A stretch of DNA of 64,000 bases from a virus (lineage: Duplodnaviria; Caudoviricetes), in the IMG/VR virus record IMGVR_UViG_3300035182_002389, positions 32,001 to 96,000 of that record; one strand, 5' to 3'. A program made the translations under genes and the position numbers. The notes under the pieces are model-generated. The model was not told the DNA's origin and searched no databases. It was given only the letters and a program-made list of their open reading frames with translations. Within the stretch, counting starts at the first letter, position 1. Each line of letters opens with the position of its first letter. Of this stretch, positions 25,534 to 35,116 are shown one piece after another.

Positions 25534-26175
25534 ATGAGCGTTCACATCGGAGACCGTTTCGGGCGCCTGCTCGTCGTCGCGAACGGTACGGAGGGGCCGA
25601 AGCGGATCGTCACGGTTCTCTGCGACTGCGGGCAGAAGCGCGAGGTCCAGGCCGGCAACCTCACGGTAGGGCACACGACCTCGTGCGGCTGCTATCGCGT
25701 CGAGCAGGTCAAGAAGGCGACCACGACGCACGGACACCGCGCGGGCGAGGACACGACGCCCGAGTACGAGGCGTGGCGAAGCACGATCGCTCGCTGCTAC
25801 GACTCCGCGTGCGAGTCCTTCCCCCACTACGGCGGCAAGGGCGGCGGCGTTTGCCAGGAGTGGCAGTCGAGCTTCGCGGCGTTCCTCGAAGATGTCGGTC
25901 CGAGGCCCAGCGAAGATCACGTCATCAGCCGTCGCCGGCGCGACGAAGACTTCACCAGGGAAAACACGTTCTGGGCGACGCGCGCCGAGGCGGCTCGCAA
26001 CAAGTCGACCACGCGCATGTATGAGGTGAACGGCGTGACCAAGTGCCTCGAAGATTGGGCGACCGAGTACGGCATCGGGAAATCAACGCTCCACTATCGG
26101 CTCAAGAAGGGGCTCTCGATGCGCGAGGCCCTCGATCTTGGGCATGGTCGGTCGGGCCGCCCGCTCCACGCGTGA
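25534..26175 (+). CDS. HNH homing-endonuclease-like protein with degenerate HNH motif
   Basis: GDRFGRL...LCDCG...TSCGC...EYEAWRSTIARC...HYGGKG...VCQEW...FLEDVGPRP. Confidence 0.8.
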   Translation: MSVHIGDRFGRLLVVANGTEGPKRIVTVLCDCGQKREVQAGNLTVGHTTSCGCYRVEQVKKATTTHGHRAGEDTTPEYEAWRSTIARCYDSACESFPHYGGKGGGVCQEWQSSFAAFLEDVGPRPSEDHVISRRRRDEDFTRENTFWATRAEAARNKSTTRMYEVNGVTKCLEDWATEYGIGKSTLHYRLKKGLSMREALDLGHGRSGRPLHA

Positions 26176-26184
26176 GAAGAGGTC

Positions 26185-26568
26185 ATGGACGAATCGAACG
26201 AACCGGACCAAGTCGTCATCCGCGTCTCGCGCGCGAAGCTGACGAACCTCATCGCCGCACGCGACGCGTATCGAAAGGCGCAGCGCGAGAACCACGAGCT
26301 GAGCGCCGCGTTCGAGAAGGCCGGCGAAGACCTCGACCACGCGACGATGGATCTTGTCGCCACCGTCGCGACTTCGATGCTGCTCGATGGCCTCGACCCG
26401 AGTGAGGTCCCCGAGGCCGAGCTTCAGCAGATCCGCGACGCGTACGACGCCGCCCTCAAGGTGCCGAGCCACGACACGATCCAAGAGCTGTTTCGGCTCG
26501 GCATCAACGCGCAGATCCAAGCGAACGCGCTCTCCAAACGCATCAACAAGCAGGAGCAGCTTCCGTGA
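26185..26568 (+). CDS. Hypothetical protein
   Basis: GAGG RBS. Confidence 0.6.
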   Translation: MDESNEPDQVVIRVSRAKLTNLIAARDAYRKAQRENHELSAAFEKAGEDLDHATMDLVATVATSMLLDGLDPSEVPEAELQQIRDAYDAALKVPSHDTIQELFRLGINAQIQANALSKRINKQEQLP

Positions 26569-26834
26569 AGCCGATGAGCGAAGAGGACCGGACCTCGTAC
26601 TTCGTGAAGCTCGCGTTCCTGAAGGGTCGAAGGGTCGCAACTCCATCCGAGGTCCCGAGGCGCGACTTCACCAATCCCGAGAACCGTCGCGCGAACGCGC
26701 GAGGGACCATCAAGGAGAACTCCAGCGGCCATGGGCTCTGCTTCCTCGTCGAGTACGACGACGGCGGCGAGGGGTGGTTCGATGCCGACGAGCTGAGCAT
26801 CGATCTGTCCGAGCTGATGGGGACCAGTCGGTGA
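26565..26834 (+). CDS. Small SH3-like beta protein
   Basis: FLVEYDDGGEGWFDADEL. Confidence 0.5.
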   Translation: MKPMSEEDRTSYFVKLAFLKGRRVATPSEVPRRDFTNPENRRANARGTIKENSSGHGLCFLVEYDDGGEGWFDADELSIDLSELMGTSR

Positions 26835-26887
26835 GCGAGCGGTTCGCACAGCGGCGCTAAAACAAGACGAGACAAGACGAGACGAGA

Positions 26888-26992
26888 GTGGGGCTGCGCG
26901 CCCCACACCCGCGCCACCTGCGGTGGGGCTCCTGTTGGGGCTCTGCCCCAAACCCCGCTGAGGGGCGCTTCCAGCGCGCCCCTCAGACTCCC
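26888..26992. repeat. REP-like palindromic cluster
   Basis: GGGGCTCTGCCCCAAACCCC and an 11-bp stem CTGAGGGGCGC/GCGCCCCTCAG. Confidence 0.6.
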
Positions 26993-27025
26993 CGCCGTTC
27001 AGATCAAGTGAAGGAGAGACCGTTC

Positions 27026-27421
27026 ATGGCTTCCAAGAAAATCACCCCCGCCGCGCCCCTGACCCCCGAGCAGCAGAGCAAGATGTTGGAGATCGCGGTG
27101 ACGGACGCTGTCGGTCACGCGATGGAGAACATTGTCGGCGCCCTGCCGAACGCCGTCTCGGTCGGCCTCGTCGTGAACTACATGACGCCCGCTGGCACCG
27201 AGGTGAAGAGCTTCCACGCGCTCGCCCAGCAGGGCGCGCACGACGAGAAGAAGGCAATGCTCGCGCTCGTCCAGAAATGGATGGAGCTGTCGGCGGAGCT
27301 GGCGAAGGCCGGCAGCCTGCCGAAGAGCGTCGTGCCCGTCGTCGAGACCGCCCTCGCGACGATCCGTGCGGCCTTCGAGTCGCCGGCGGCTACGCCCGTC
27401 GACGAGACGGAAGAGGCCTGA
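27026..27421 (+). CDS. Hypothetical protein
   Basis: AAGGAG RBS. Confidence 0.65.
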   Translation: MASKKITPAAPLTPEQQSKMLEIAVTDAVGHAMENIVGALPNAVSVGLVVNYMTPAGTEVKSFHALAQQGAHDEKKAMLALVQKWMELSAELAKAGSLPKSVVPVVETALATIRAAFESPAATPVDETEEA

Positions 27422-27424
27422 GCC

Positions 27425-28126
27425 GTGGCCGACGCACTCGCCCTCTGCAAGCGGCAGATCCAGAACCTCACCCGCGGCTACGAGGCGTGCATGGCCTCGG
27501 GCTCGGACGACATCATCTACGTCGAGCGCCAGCTTCGCAGGCTCACGCGCCGGCGTACTTGGTTGCTCACGGACGCCGTGCGCCGCGAGCGCAAGCAGCT
27601 CGACATCCTCTACCGCACGGTCGATCAGATGCTGATGCTCGACCGCAAGCTCCCCGAGCCCGTGCGAGCCCCCGCCATCGCGCGCCTGCGCCGCCGCCAG
27701 ATGGCCCACAAGCGCACCATCAACCGCCTCTACGGCCCGTTCGCGGAGAAGGTGCAGCTCTCCTCCATGTACGACAAGTTCGAGTTCCAGAAGGAGGACG
27801 TTGCGAAGGCCGGAGAGGCCGTTCGCGCCTTCTACGAGGCCAAGCCCGCCGGAAATGGCGAAGTCGACATAGCGATCACCGTCGCCGTCAAGAAGGACGA
27901 CGGCGAACAGATCGAGGGCCGGTCGATGAACTACTACGACGTCTCGTCGAGCTTCCCCGAGGCGATGTCCTCCCAGAAGCCGAAGAAGCTCGTGAAGAAG
28001 GCCGCGACTTCCGACAAACCGGAGCCGAAGAAGCCGGCGGCGAAGAAGGCCGCGAAGGTCGAGGAGCCGGTGAAGAAGGCCGCGAAGCCAAAGGCGAAGC
28101 CAAAGGCGAAGAAGGAGGCACCGTGA
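27425..28126 (+). CDS. Hypothetical protein with a Lys/Ala/Pro tail
   Basis: Coding-like usage. Confidence 0.6.
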   Translation: MADALALCKRQIQNLTRGYEACMASGSDDIIYVERQLRRLTRRRTWLLTDAVRRERKQLDILYRTVDQMLMLDRKLPEPVRAPAIARLRRRQMAHKRTINRLYGPFAEKVQLSSMYDKFEFQKEDVAKAGEAVRAFYEAKPAGNGEVDIAITVAVKKDDGEQIEGRSMNYYDVSSSFPEAMSSQKPKKLVKKAATSDKPEPKKPAAKKAAKVEEPVKKAAKPKAKPKAKKEAP

Positions 28127-28575
28127 GCAAGAGCATCGAGATCATCGACGGCGAAGACGAAGACGACATCCTCGCGAAAAAGCTCGCCGACGAGCTTGCT
28201 GTGGATGAGGAGAGGGTCCGAAAGAGCGGCAAGCGCATCTTCCGGGTCCGCGTCGTCCTCGAAACCGACGTCCTCGTGTTCGCGAAGGACGCGGAAGAGG
28301 CGTCCGATCTCGCTGAAATCCACTGGAACGGTTTCGGGGATCAAGAACCCTTCACCGACTACGAGCCCATCTCTTCGGAGGCCGAAGAGGTCGCGAACTT
28401 CTCACAGGTCGAAGACCTTCGAGACGTCCTGATGTTCGTTCCCGTCATCGACCCCAAGGACGAGATCGAGGATGAGATCAACGGTCTCGACTTCACTGTC
28501 CACGAGTACCTGCGCGCTCTCAAGGTGCCGGGAGAACCCGACGAATCGGACGAAGACGACGAGTCGGAGGAGTGA
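28123..28575 (+). CDS. Acidic hypothetical protein
   Basis: AGGAGG RBS; RVRVVLETDVLVFAKDAEEA. Confidence 0.6.
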   Translation: MSKSIEIIDGEDEDDILAKKLADELAVDEERVRKSGKRIFRVRVVLETDVLVFAKDAEEASDLAEIHWNGFGDQEPFTDYEPISSEAEEVANFSQVEDLRDVLMFVPVIDPKDEIEDEINGLDFTVHEYLRALKVPGEPDESDEDDESEE

Positions 28576-28760
28576 TGGAACACCCGACGTACATCCTGAT
28601 CGTCTTCATCCTCGCCGGGGTGTTCGCCGGGACCATCATCGCCACGATGTTCGTCTTCGCGTACCGCGAGCGCACCAAAGTCATCGAACGAGCCGGCCTC
28701 GATCAGAACGCCGCGCTCTACCGCATCGCCGCGGCCCTCACGCGTATGGAGCGGCCGTGA
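28572..28760 (+). CDS. Small membrane protein
   Basis: TM helix. Confidence 0.55.
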   Translation: MMEHPTYILIVFILAGVFAGTIIATMFVFAYRERTKVIERAGLDQNAALYRIAAALTRMERP

Positions 28761-28984
28761 AGCTTGCGTGCCCGTGCTGCGGGCGAGAGGTCGAGGAGAA
28801 GGAGCGGCCCGGCCTCTTTCTCAACGCTCGCCTCTCGCTCCGTAGCGATCTCGTGCAGCTCAAGGCCACGATCGAGCGGCTGCCCACAAAGGGCGCCGAG
28901 GCCATTCGCGAAGTCCTCCAAGGTCGCTACGAAGCCCACGTTCAACGTCTCCGGCTGCTCGGCGACGCCTCGGAGATTGCATGA
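28757..28984 (+). CDS. Small hypothetical protein
   Basis: CPCC N-terminus. Confidence 0.5.
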   Translation: MKLACPCCGREVEEKERPGLFLNARLSLRSDLVQLKATIERLPTKGAEAIREVLQGRYEAHVQRLRLLGDASEIA

Positions 28985-29349
28985 ACGAGGCGCCATTCGG
29001 CGAACATGAAGAGTGGAGGCCGATTCCTTCCCTCCCAGCCGGCTACGAGGCAAGCGATCTCGGGAGAATACGTTCCTGGCGACATCGAAAAGGAACCGCT
29101 TCGTCGCCTCTGATTCGCAAGCCTGTGAAACATACGAAGTATGGGCACATGTCGATGATGTTCTACGTCGACAAAAAGTTCGTATGCCGCCTCGTTCATC
29201 ACCTTGTTCTCGACGCTTTCGGCATTGCTCGACTACCCAACACGGAGACGCGCCACATCGACGAGTCGGGCGTCGATGCTGCCAAACGATGTGGCGTAAC
29301 GCCGGCGGTGATTACTCGTATTCGGAGAAGCAGAGGCTATGTCCGCTAG
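28981..29349 (+). CDS. NUMOD4 protein with a truncated HNH domain
   Basis: EEWRPIP...YEASDLGRIRS...LVHHLVLDAF...TRHID, then no GxxxNN motif. Confidence 0.7.
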   Translation: MNEAPFGEHEEWRPIPSLPAGYEASDLGRIRSWRHRKGTASSPLIRKPVKHTKYGHMSMMFYVDKKFVCRLVHHLVLDAFGIARLPNTETRHIDESGVDAAKRCGVTPAVITRIRRSRGYVR

Positions 29350-30181
29350 ACCGTTCATCAAATACGTGGGGGGCAAGACGCAGCTTCTGCCAACGCTGCT
29401 CCCTCTCTTCCCTCCCAAGTTCAAGCGCTACATCGAGCCGTTCGTGGGCGGCGGCGCCGTGTTCTTCGCGCTCGCGGGAGAGAACCGATTCGAGGAGGCG
29501 GTCCTCAACGACTGGAACGCCGAACTGGTGCTTCTCTACGCCATCGTGAAGTTGGAGCCGGCAGCGCTCATGCGAGCGCTCGACGAGATCGAGGCGCAGT
29601 ACGTCAAGCAGCCGAGTGAGACCTACTACACAATCCGAGCGCTCGACCTGGCCGCGATGAGCGAAGTTGCGCAGGCGGCCCGCTTCATCGCGCTCAATAA
29701 AATGGGTTTCAACGGCCTGTACCGCGTAAACAAGGCGGGCAAGTTCAACGTGCCGTGGGGCAAGAAGGAGAAGGTCTCGACCTACGACGAGGCGAACATC
29801 CGCGACTGCTCGGCTGCGCTCCACCTCGCGACGGTGTTCGAGGGGGACTTCTCGCACGTGATGGACAGGGCCGACGAAGGCGACGTCATCTACCTCGACC
29901 CGCCCTACCTGCCCATCAGCGCGACGTCCGACTTCACCGCGTACACCGCCCGGGGATTCGACGTCTTCGCCCACGAGCGACTCGCGAACGTCGCGGAGGC
30001 CGCCGCGAAACGGGGAGCGCTCGTCATCGCGTCGAACTCCGACCACGCCGAGGTGCGCTGTCTCTACGAAGCGCGAGGGTTCTCCGTGACGGAGGTGCTC
30101 GCGAAACGCAACGTCAACAGCCAGGGCGACGGGCGCGGCAAGATCAAGGAGTTGGTCTTCGTGCGCGACGGGCGCGCGTAG
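29339..30181 (+). CDS. dam: DNA N6-adenine methyltransferase (Dam/D12 class)
   Basis: PFIKYVGGK, YIEPFVGGGAVFF, FNGLYRVNKAGKFNVPWG, YLDPPY. Confidence 0.93.
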   Translation: MSARPFIKYVGGKTQLLPTLLPLFPPKFKRYIEPFVGGGAVFFALAGENRFEEAVLNDWNAELVLLYAIVKLEPAALMRALDEIEAQYVKQPSETYYTIRALDLAAMSEVAQAARFIALNKMGFNGLYRVNKAGKFNVPWGKKEKVSTYDEANIRDCSAALHLATVFEGDFSHVMDRADEGDVIYLDPPYLPISATSDFTAYTARGFDVFAHERLANVAEAAAKRGALVIASNSDHAEVRCLYEARGFSVTEVLAKRNVNSQGDGRGKIKELVFVRDGRA

Positions 30182-30190
30182 GAGGTCGTC

Positions 30191-30736
30191 GTGCCCTCGC
30201 TCTTTGCGGTTCTCACCGTCATCTTCGCGATCTGGTTCTTCTTCGGCGATGTCGTCGACGCATGGCTGCTGCTCACGATCAAGGAACGCCTGAAGGCGCG
30301 CGACGCAAAGAAGAAGGCAAAAGCGCTCGCCGACTCCATGGCCAAACCGAAGGACCATGGCCGCTGGCGCGTACTCGGCCGCTACGTGATCAAGTCCGAG
30401 AGCGCGCCGAAGACCTTGAGGGCGCCGAAAGAGAAGCGCAACTACCGCATCGGCCGCGACGCGTTCGGGCGCTACACGAGGGTCTACGAGACGGATGCTC
30501 CGCACGACCCGGAGCACCTCGCGCGCATCGAGGCGGAGCTGGACGCCGAGCTGTCGGGGCGCCGCGTCGACGACGAGGTCAAGAAGCTCTACCAGCCCAC
30601 CAAGAGCGCGTCTTCGCCGTTCATTCGCGTCGTCGAGAAGTTTCCGACCGACGTGGTGCAAGGCGACCTCATCGTCCGCCGCGGCGTCTACTACATGTTC
30701 GACGGCGGGCGCTTTCAACGGATGGACAAGGAGTAG
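30191..30736 (+). CDS. Membrane-anchored hypothetical protein
   Basis: GGAGG RBS, TM helix. Confidence 0.6.
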   Translation: MPSLFAVLTVIFAIWFFFGDVVDAWLLLTIKERLKARDAKKKAKALADSMAKPKDHGRWRVLGRYVIKSESAPKTLRAPKEKRNYRIGRDAFGRYTRVYETDAPHDPEHLARIEAELDAELSGRRVDDEVKKLYQPTKSASSPFIRVVEKFPTDVVQGDLIVRRGVYYMFDGGRFQRMDKE

Positions 30737-30739
30737 CTC

Positions 30740-30982
30740 GTGAACGTCGCCGACCTGATGCACCAGCTCTCGAAGCTGCCGCCGCACTACAAGGTGTTCT
30801 TCGCCGATCCGGGCGGCCGAAGCGCGCCCCACCAAGTCGCGCCCGTCCACGGTCTTCGGCAGGGCCACTATCTGAACTACGACGGCCATCAAGTTCTGCC
30901 TGCCGCCGCGGCCGACGACCCCGAGGACGAGGTCGACGCAGTGGTGTTTCTCCGCGTCGCGCCTGAAGAGAAGAGGCGCTGA
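30740..30982 (+). CDS. Hypothetical protein
   Basis: VADLMHQLSKLPPHYKVFF pattern. Confidence 0.6.
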   Translation: MNVADLMHQLSKLPPHYKVFFADPGGRSAPHQVAPVHGLRQGHYLNYDGHQVLPAAAADDPEDEVDAVVFLRVAPEEKRR

Positions 30983-30985
30983 ACC

Positions 30986-31903
30986 ATGAGCTTCACCGAA
31001 CCTCCCAAAGCCCATGCGGAGCCCGTTGCCACCGACGAAGAGCCGGCGAAAGAGCGGCACGGCAAGCTTACCCTCGTCGAGCCGCTGTTCATCGACCCCC
31101 GGCGCCGCTGCAAAATCTACCTGTGGCGGTGCGACTGTGGCAACGGCGTGCGCGCTTCGTTGAAGGACGTCCGCCACAAGCTCATCGCCTCTTGCCCGTC
31201 GAAAAGGTGCACGGGCGCGATGACTCCAAAACGCGTTCGTCGCGCGCCCGAGATCATCGCGTCGGCGCCCGAGATCATTGCGCCAGCGCCCAAGGCAGCA
31301 CCAGCGCCCAAGGTTGCGCCAGCGCTTGACTCTTCGCCGCCGACTCCCGATCGAGTGAGAAGCAAGAAGGTTGCGAGCAACGCCGAGCCCTCCGAGGTCG
31401 CCACGCGGTTTCAAGCTCTTCGGCGCCGCAAGCACTTCCTCGATCGCCTCCACGGCCTCCTTCAGCAGTACGAGCTGACCGTCGATGAGCAAGAGCAGCT
31501 CCTCTACGATCTCCTCTTCGACGTCACGACGCCCTCGAACGGGGCCGCACCTTCCACCGCTGCAACCCCTTCGGATGCGGCTCCGGCTCCGATCTTTACG
31601 CCCAAGGCGTCCTCGTGGCGCCTCATACCACCAACGTTCCCGCCTGTTAGGACCACCTTTCCCCCGATCCCGCGGTATCACGTCCTCGAATACTTGGTCC
31701 GCGAGGGGTGCACGAGGACTGCGGATGAGATGACCGTCGCCTTCTTCGGCGTGAGCCGATGCGACGTCCGATCCCGCGTCAAGACGCAGATCAAGGCCCT
31801 CTTCACCGCGGGCTTTTTGGAGCGCGTCGAAGACGGGTGGCGCGCGACGGAAAAGGGACGCAATCGGATCCACAACACATACGACTGGAAACGCTCGCTA
31901 TGA
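30986..31903 (+). CDS. Protein with N-terminal CDCG zinc domain and C-terminal winged-helix-like region
   Basis: HGKLTLV...YLWRCDCG...SC; LFTAGFLERVEDGWRATEKG. Confidence 0.6.
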   Translation: MSFTEPPKAHAEPVATDEEPAKERHGKLTLVEPLFIDPRRRCKIYLWRCDCGNGVRASLKDVRHKLIASCPSKRCTGAMTPKRVRRAPEIIASAPEIIAPAPKAAPAPKVAPALDSSPPTPDRVRSKKVASNAEPSEVATRFQALRRRKHFLDRLHGLLQQYELTVDEQEQLLYDLLFDVTTPSNGAAPSTAATPSDAAPAPIFTPKASSWRLIPPTFPPVRTTFPPIPRYHVLEYLVREGCTRTADEMTVAFFGVSRCDVRSRVKTQIKALFTAGFLERVEDGWRATEKGRNRIHNTYDWKRSL

Positions 31904-32079
31904 CAGAAGCCAGCGCTGAGATTCGAGAGTTGATCGCGCGCGCAGAGCGCCGCCGCGTCGTCGCCGCGCATCTGCGCAAAGCCTTCAACACCTCGACGCT
32001 CTCCACGTCCGAAAAGACCCGCGCCGTGAGCGATCTTCTCGTCGAGCTGCGCGCGAAAAGTCGCACGAAGCGTCCGTGA
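31900..32079 (+). CDS. Small hypothetical protein
   Basis: ATGA overlap. Confidence 0.45.
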   Translation: MTEASAEIRELIARAERRRVVAAHLRKAFNTSTLSTSEKTRAVSDLLVELRAKSRTKRP

Positions 32080-32092
32080 TATTCTTGCCCGC

Positions 32093-32287
32093 ATGAGCAT
32101 GATCGAGAATGGCCGCAAAGTCCGAAACTACATCCTCAAAGCCTTCCCGCGCGCCGCGTTCGCGAGCTACGCCTCCCGCGGCGACTTCGTCATCGAGATC
32201 CGCCTCCCCGGCGCCCTCCAAGACAAAGAAGCCATCGAGTTCGCGAAGGCCATCGGCACCGACCCACGACAGAGTTCGCTCTTCTAA
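32093..32287 (+). CDS. Small hypothetical protein (leaderless)
   Basis: TATTCT 7 nt before the ATG. Confidence 0.5.
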   Translation: MSMIENGRKVRNYILKAFPRAAFASYASRGDFVIEIRLPGALQDKEAIEFAKAIGTDPRQSSLF

Positions 32288-32596
32288 GAAGCCTCGCACT
32301 TCTGACCTGAAGCCGCTGCCGGCGCCCGAGGATGACCCGAGCCTCACTCCACTGCCCCTGGAGGGGGCGGCGAAGGCGTGGGGCATTGCTGACTTCGAGC
32401 AGGCGCTCGACGCGTCCTTTGCGGCGCTGAAGGCCATCCGTGCTGCGGCGAGCGGCACGTCGGGAGACATGGGCCCCGTCGGTATGAACGGCAGGGCGTT
32501 GAACTACTCCTACTCCGAGATGGCGGAGTGGGGGATCCAGTACGCGGCGCTCATCGAGCAGGCGAAGGCCGCGCGGCGCGGCGCAAAAAAGGCCCC

Positions 32597-32806
32597 ATGA
32601 CGAGGGTCGACGCGGCGATCTGCGCGCTTATGACGACGGTGCTCGTCGTCGGCGCTCTCTACCTCGCGCATGGGGCGCACCCCTACGCGGCGGCCTTCGT
32701 AGGCTTCATTGCTGGGCTGTTCGCGAACACGTTGTTTGACGGGCTGAGTGCATCAGGAGTCGCGACCTCGGGTCGCATGGAAGAGGGGCAACATGGCGAG
32801 AAGTGA
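32597..32806 (+). CDS. Small membrane protein
   Basis: Two TM helices. Confidence 0.5.
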   Translation: MTRVDAAICALMTTVLVVGALYLAHGAHPYAAAFVGFIAGLFANTLFDGLSASGVATSGRMEEGQHGEK

Positions 32807-33464
32807 GCTGACGGACATCACCTTCGTCCTCGACCGTTCGGGGTCGATGGGCACGATCAAGGCCGACACCATCGGCGGGTTCAACCAGTTCCTCGAAGAC
32901 CAGAAGAAGGCGGCTGGCGAGGCGCTGATGACGCTGGTGCAGTTCGACGACCAGTACGAGGTGCACTACGCGGGCGTGCCGATCGCCGCGGTGAAATCGC
33001 TCAACAACGACACCTTCGTGCCGCGCGGGTGGACTGCTCTCTACGACGCCATCGGCAAGACCGTGGTCGCGACCGGCAAGCGCATCGCCTCGATGCCCGA
33101 GGCGCAGCGCCCCGGCAAGGTGCTCATCGTCATCATGACCGACGGCGGCGAGAACAAGAGCGTCGAGTTCGTGGGCGAAGCGGGCCGACTCGCCGTGAGC
33201 GAGCTGGTCAAGCACCAGATGGACAAGTACGCCTGGGCGTTCCTGTTCCTCGGCGCGAGCCTCGACGCCCCGAAGGTCGCCGAAGGGCTCGGCATGGGCT
33301 TCAACAACGCCGTCGCCTACACGGCGAGCGGCAAGGGCGTGCAGAGCGTCATGCGGGGCGTGAGCCGCGGCACGGCGAACCTGCGGAGCGCCACGGGGCC
33401 CGTCGACAACCAGAACTTCACGAGCGCCTACATGAACCCGGACGACCCGCCGGCGAAACCGTAG
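32793..33464 (+). CDS. von Willebrand factor A domain protein
   Basis: MIDAS FVLDRSGSM, TALYDAIG, IMTDGGEN. Confidence 0.88.
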   Translation: MARSELTDITFVLDRSGSMGTIKADTIGGFNQFLEDQKKAAGEALMTLVQFDDQYEVHYAGVPIAAVKSLNNDTFVPRGWTALYDAIGKTVVATGKRIASMPEAQRPGKVLIVIMTDGGENKSVEFVGEAGRLAVSELVKHQMDKYAWAFLFLGASLDAPKVAEGLGMGFNNAVAYTASGKGVQSVMRGVSRGTANLRSATGPVDNQNFTSAYMNPDDPPAKP

Positions 33465-33469
33465 CGATC

Positions 33470-33484
33470 GGCTTACCGCAAGTT
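33470..33484. promoter_or_regulatory. Palindromic box
   Basis: GGCTTACCGCAAGTT upstream of the basic protein gene. Confidence 0.55.
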
Positions 33485-33564
33485 GCTCCTTCCGACCATG
33501 ATCGATACCCTCATGCGAAACACGACGCCCGCTCCTTGGGCGCGCGAAACGAAGGGTGCCGATC

Positions 33565-34506
33565 ATGGCCGCGAAGAAGTCTGCGAAGAAGAAGACCGCC
33601 AAGAAGAAGGCGAAGAGCGCGAAGAAGCCGGCCGTGACGATGGCCGAGCGAGCGAAGGCCTCCAAGGCCCGCGCGCGCGCGAGGGCCCGCGGCAAGGCTT
33701 CGCGCAAGAGCAAGCGAGAGGCGGCGAGCCAAGATGCCGTGACGCTGAAGACGGTCGTGAACGCGCGCGGTGAGCGCGTCCCGGTCGATGCGAAGGGTTG
33801 GCCCGTCGGCACCTCGGCTTGGACGGCCCCTGCACACGCGACCAAGGGCACGGCGAAGAAGCACTGGATCAACTCGTACAAGCCGATCCGTGTGCCGCCG
33901 GCGAAGCGCGACGGCAACTTCTACTGGCTCACCGACAAGAACCAGATCGTCTACAACGCGACGGGCCTGCTCACCGAGACGCTCGCCTACGCGAAGCCCG
34001 AGGTCGCGAAACGCGTCATGCACCACGCAACCAAGGCCGCGAAGGCTTGGGCGAAGAAGTCCGCGGCGAAGATCGCGAAGCTCGCGAAGTCCGAGGGCAA
34101 GTCGACCATCGCGAAGGTGAAGCCCGCGAAGCGCACGGCGAAGAAGACCGCGAAGAAGACCGCCAAGAAGACCGCCCACCAAGGCCGCGTCCATCCGACC
34201 GCGGCAGTGAACGACAGGCCGCGCTACTGGATGCGCGTCGGCGGCAAGCTGAAGCCGAGCGGCGGCAAGGCGATGGGCATCTTCCCCCACGACAAGTGGG
34301 CCGTGACCTACCTGCTCGCGGGTGAAGACCCGAAGCGCGACGTGGGCGTGCTCTTCGTCAGCGCTCGCAAGAACACTGGCGCGAAGCGGGCGGCCAAAGC
34401 GAAGCTTGGCAAGACCCACAAGGGCTTCCGCATCCTCGCCGCGTTCTCGCCTGCTGTGTACGAGCGCAAGCGGGCCAAGGAGCGCGGGGTCATCATCCGC
34501 GACTGA
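33565..34506 (+). CDS. Histone H1-like Lys/Ala-rich basic protein, possible genome-condensing protein
   Basis: AAKKSAKKKTAKKK and (AKKT)n repeats. Confidence 0.7.
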   Translation: MAAKKSAKKKTAKKKAKSAKKPAVTMAERAKASKARARARARGKASRKSKREAASQDAVTLKTVVNARGERVPVDAKGWPVGTSAWTAPAHATKGTAKKHWINSYKPIRVPPAKRDGNFYWLTDKNQIVYNATGLLTETLAYAKPEVAKRVMHHATKAAKAWAKKSAAKIAKLAKSEGKSTIAKVKPAKRTAKKTAKKTAKKTAHQGRVHPTAAVNDRPRYWMRVGGKLKPSGGKAMGIFPHDKWAVTYLLAGEDPKRDVGVLFVSARKNTGAKRAAKAKLGKTHKGFRILAAFSPAVYERKRAKERGVIIRD

Positions 34507-34929
34507 CTAGCGACGCGCGCTCCGCCAGCGCCGCACGATGACAGGCACATGGGTGAGCCGGTCGTGCAGCGCGGCGTTGTAGCGGTGGATGCCGTCGTTC
34601 AGGTGCAGCAGCTTGTCCTTGCTGTTGGTCTGGTCGCCAGGGACGACATCGAGAGCGGGCAAGGGGATGCCCGCCTCGATGGCTTCGAGGGCCCTCTGTA
34701 GCCGCTCGGGCTTCCAGACCTTCTCGGGCGCGATCGCGCGAACGTCGGCCCACGTGAAGAACGCACGCTCGTAGAGGCCGTGGCTCACGATGGAGTCGCG
34801 GACAGCCTCCGGGTCGTTGATGTTGTTCAGACGGCGCTGGGCGTCCTGGGCGTCCAAGGCGAACGTGCGCGAGCCCTTCGGGGGCGGCGCGATGTCGGGG
34901 GTCGGGATCGGGGGCCTCGGACGGCGCAT
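34507..34929 (-). CDS. ParB/sulfiredoxin-like domain protein
   Basis: LHLNDGIHRYNAA...VPVIV; leaderless (TAGGAT +7 nt). Confidence 0.6.
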   Translation of the reverse strand: MRRPRPPIPTPDIAPPPKGSRTFALDAQDAQRRLNNINDPEAVRDSIVSHGLYERAFFTWADVRAIAPEKVWKPERLQRALEAIEAGIPLPALDVVPGDQTNSKDKLLHLNDGIHRYNAALHDRLTHVPVIVRRWRSARR

Positions 34930-34992
34930 GCCAGCGATCCTACGCGATCGGTGCGCTTTTGCGGCCGAAACTGCATTATGAGGTACATGCAC

Positions 34993-35021
34993 TTGACAGA
35001 TGATGTACGTTGTGAGAGTCT
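34993..35021 (+). promoter_or_regulatory. Promoter P4
   Basis: TTGACA-N17-GAGTCT; spacer ends in TACGTTGTGA. Confidence 0.7.
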
Positions 35022-35116
35022 CGGATTCGCAATGAGGCGTGGCCGGGATAGGTCCGGCGGGCCAAGGCGAGGCGAGATTCGGCGAGGCTCCCTTCGGGGA
35101 GAGGACAGGTCAGGCC

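Noticed and set aside
29312-31873. 853-aa minus-strand ORF; likewise 43680-46013, 56387-58852 and other long Arg/Ala-rich ORFs
   Set aside because: Shadow frames of well-supported genes, expected from GC3 bias; no motifs.
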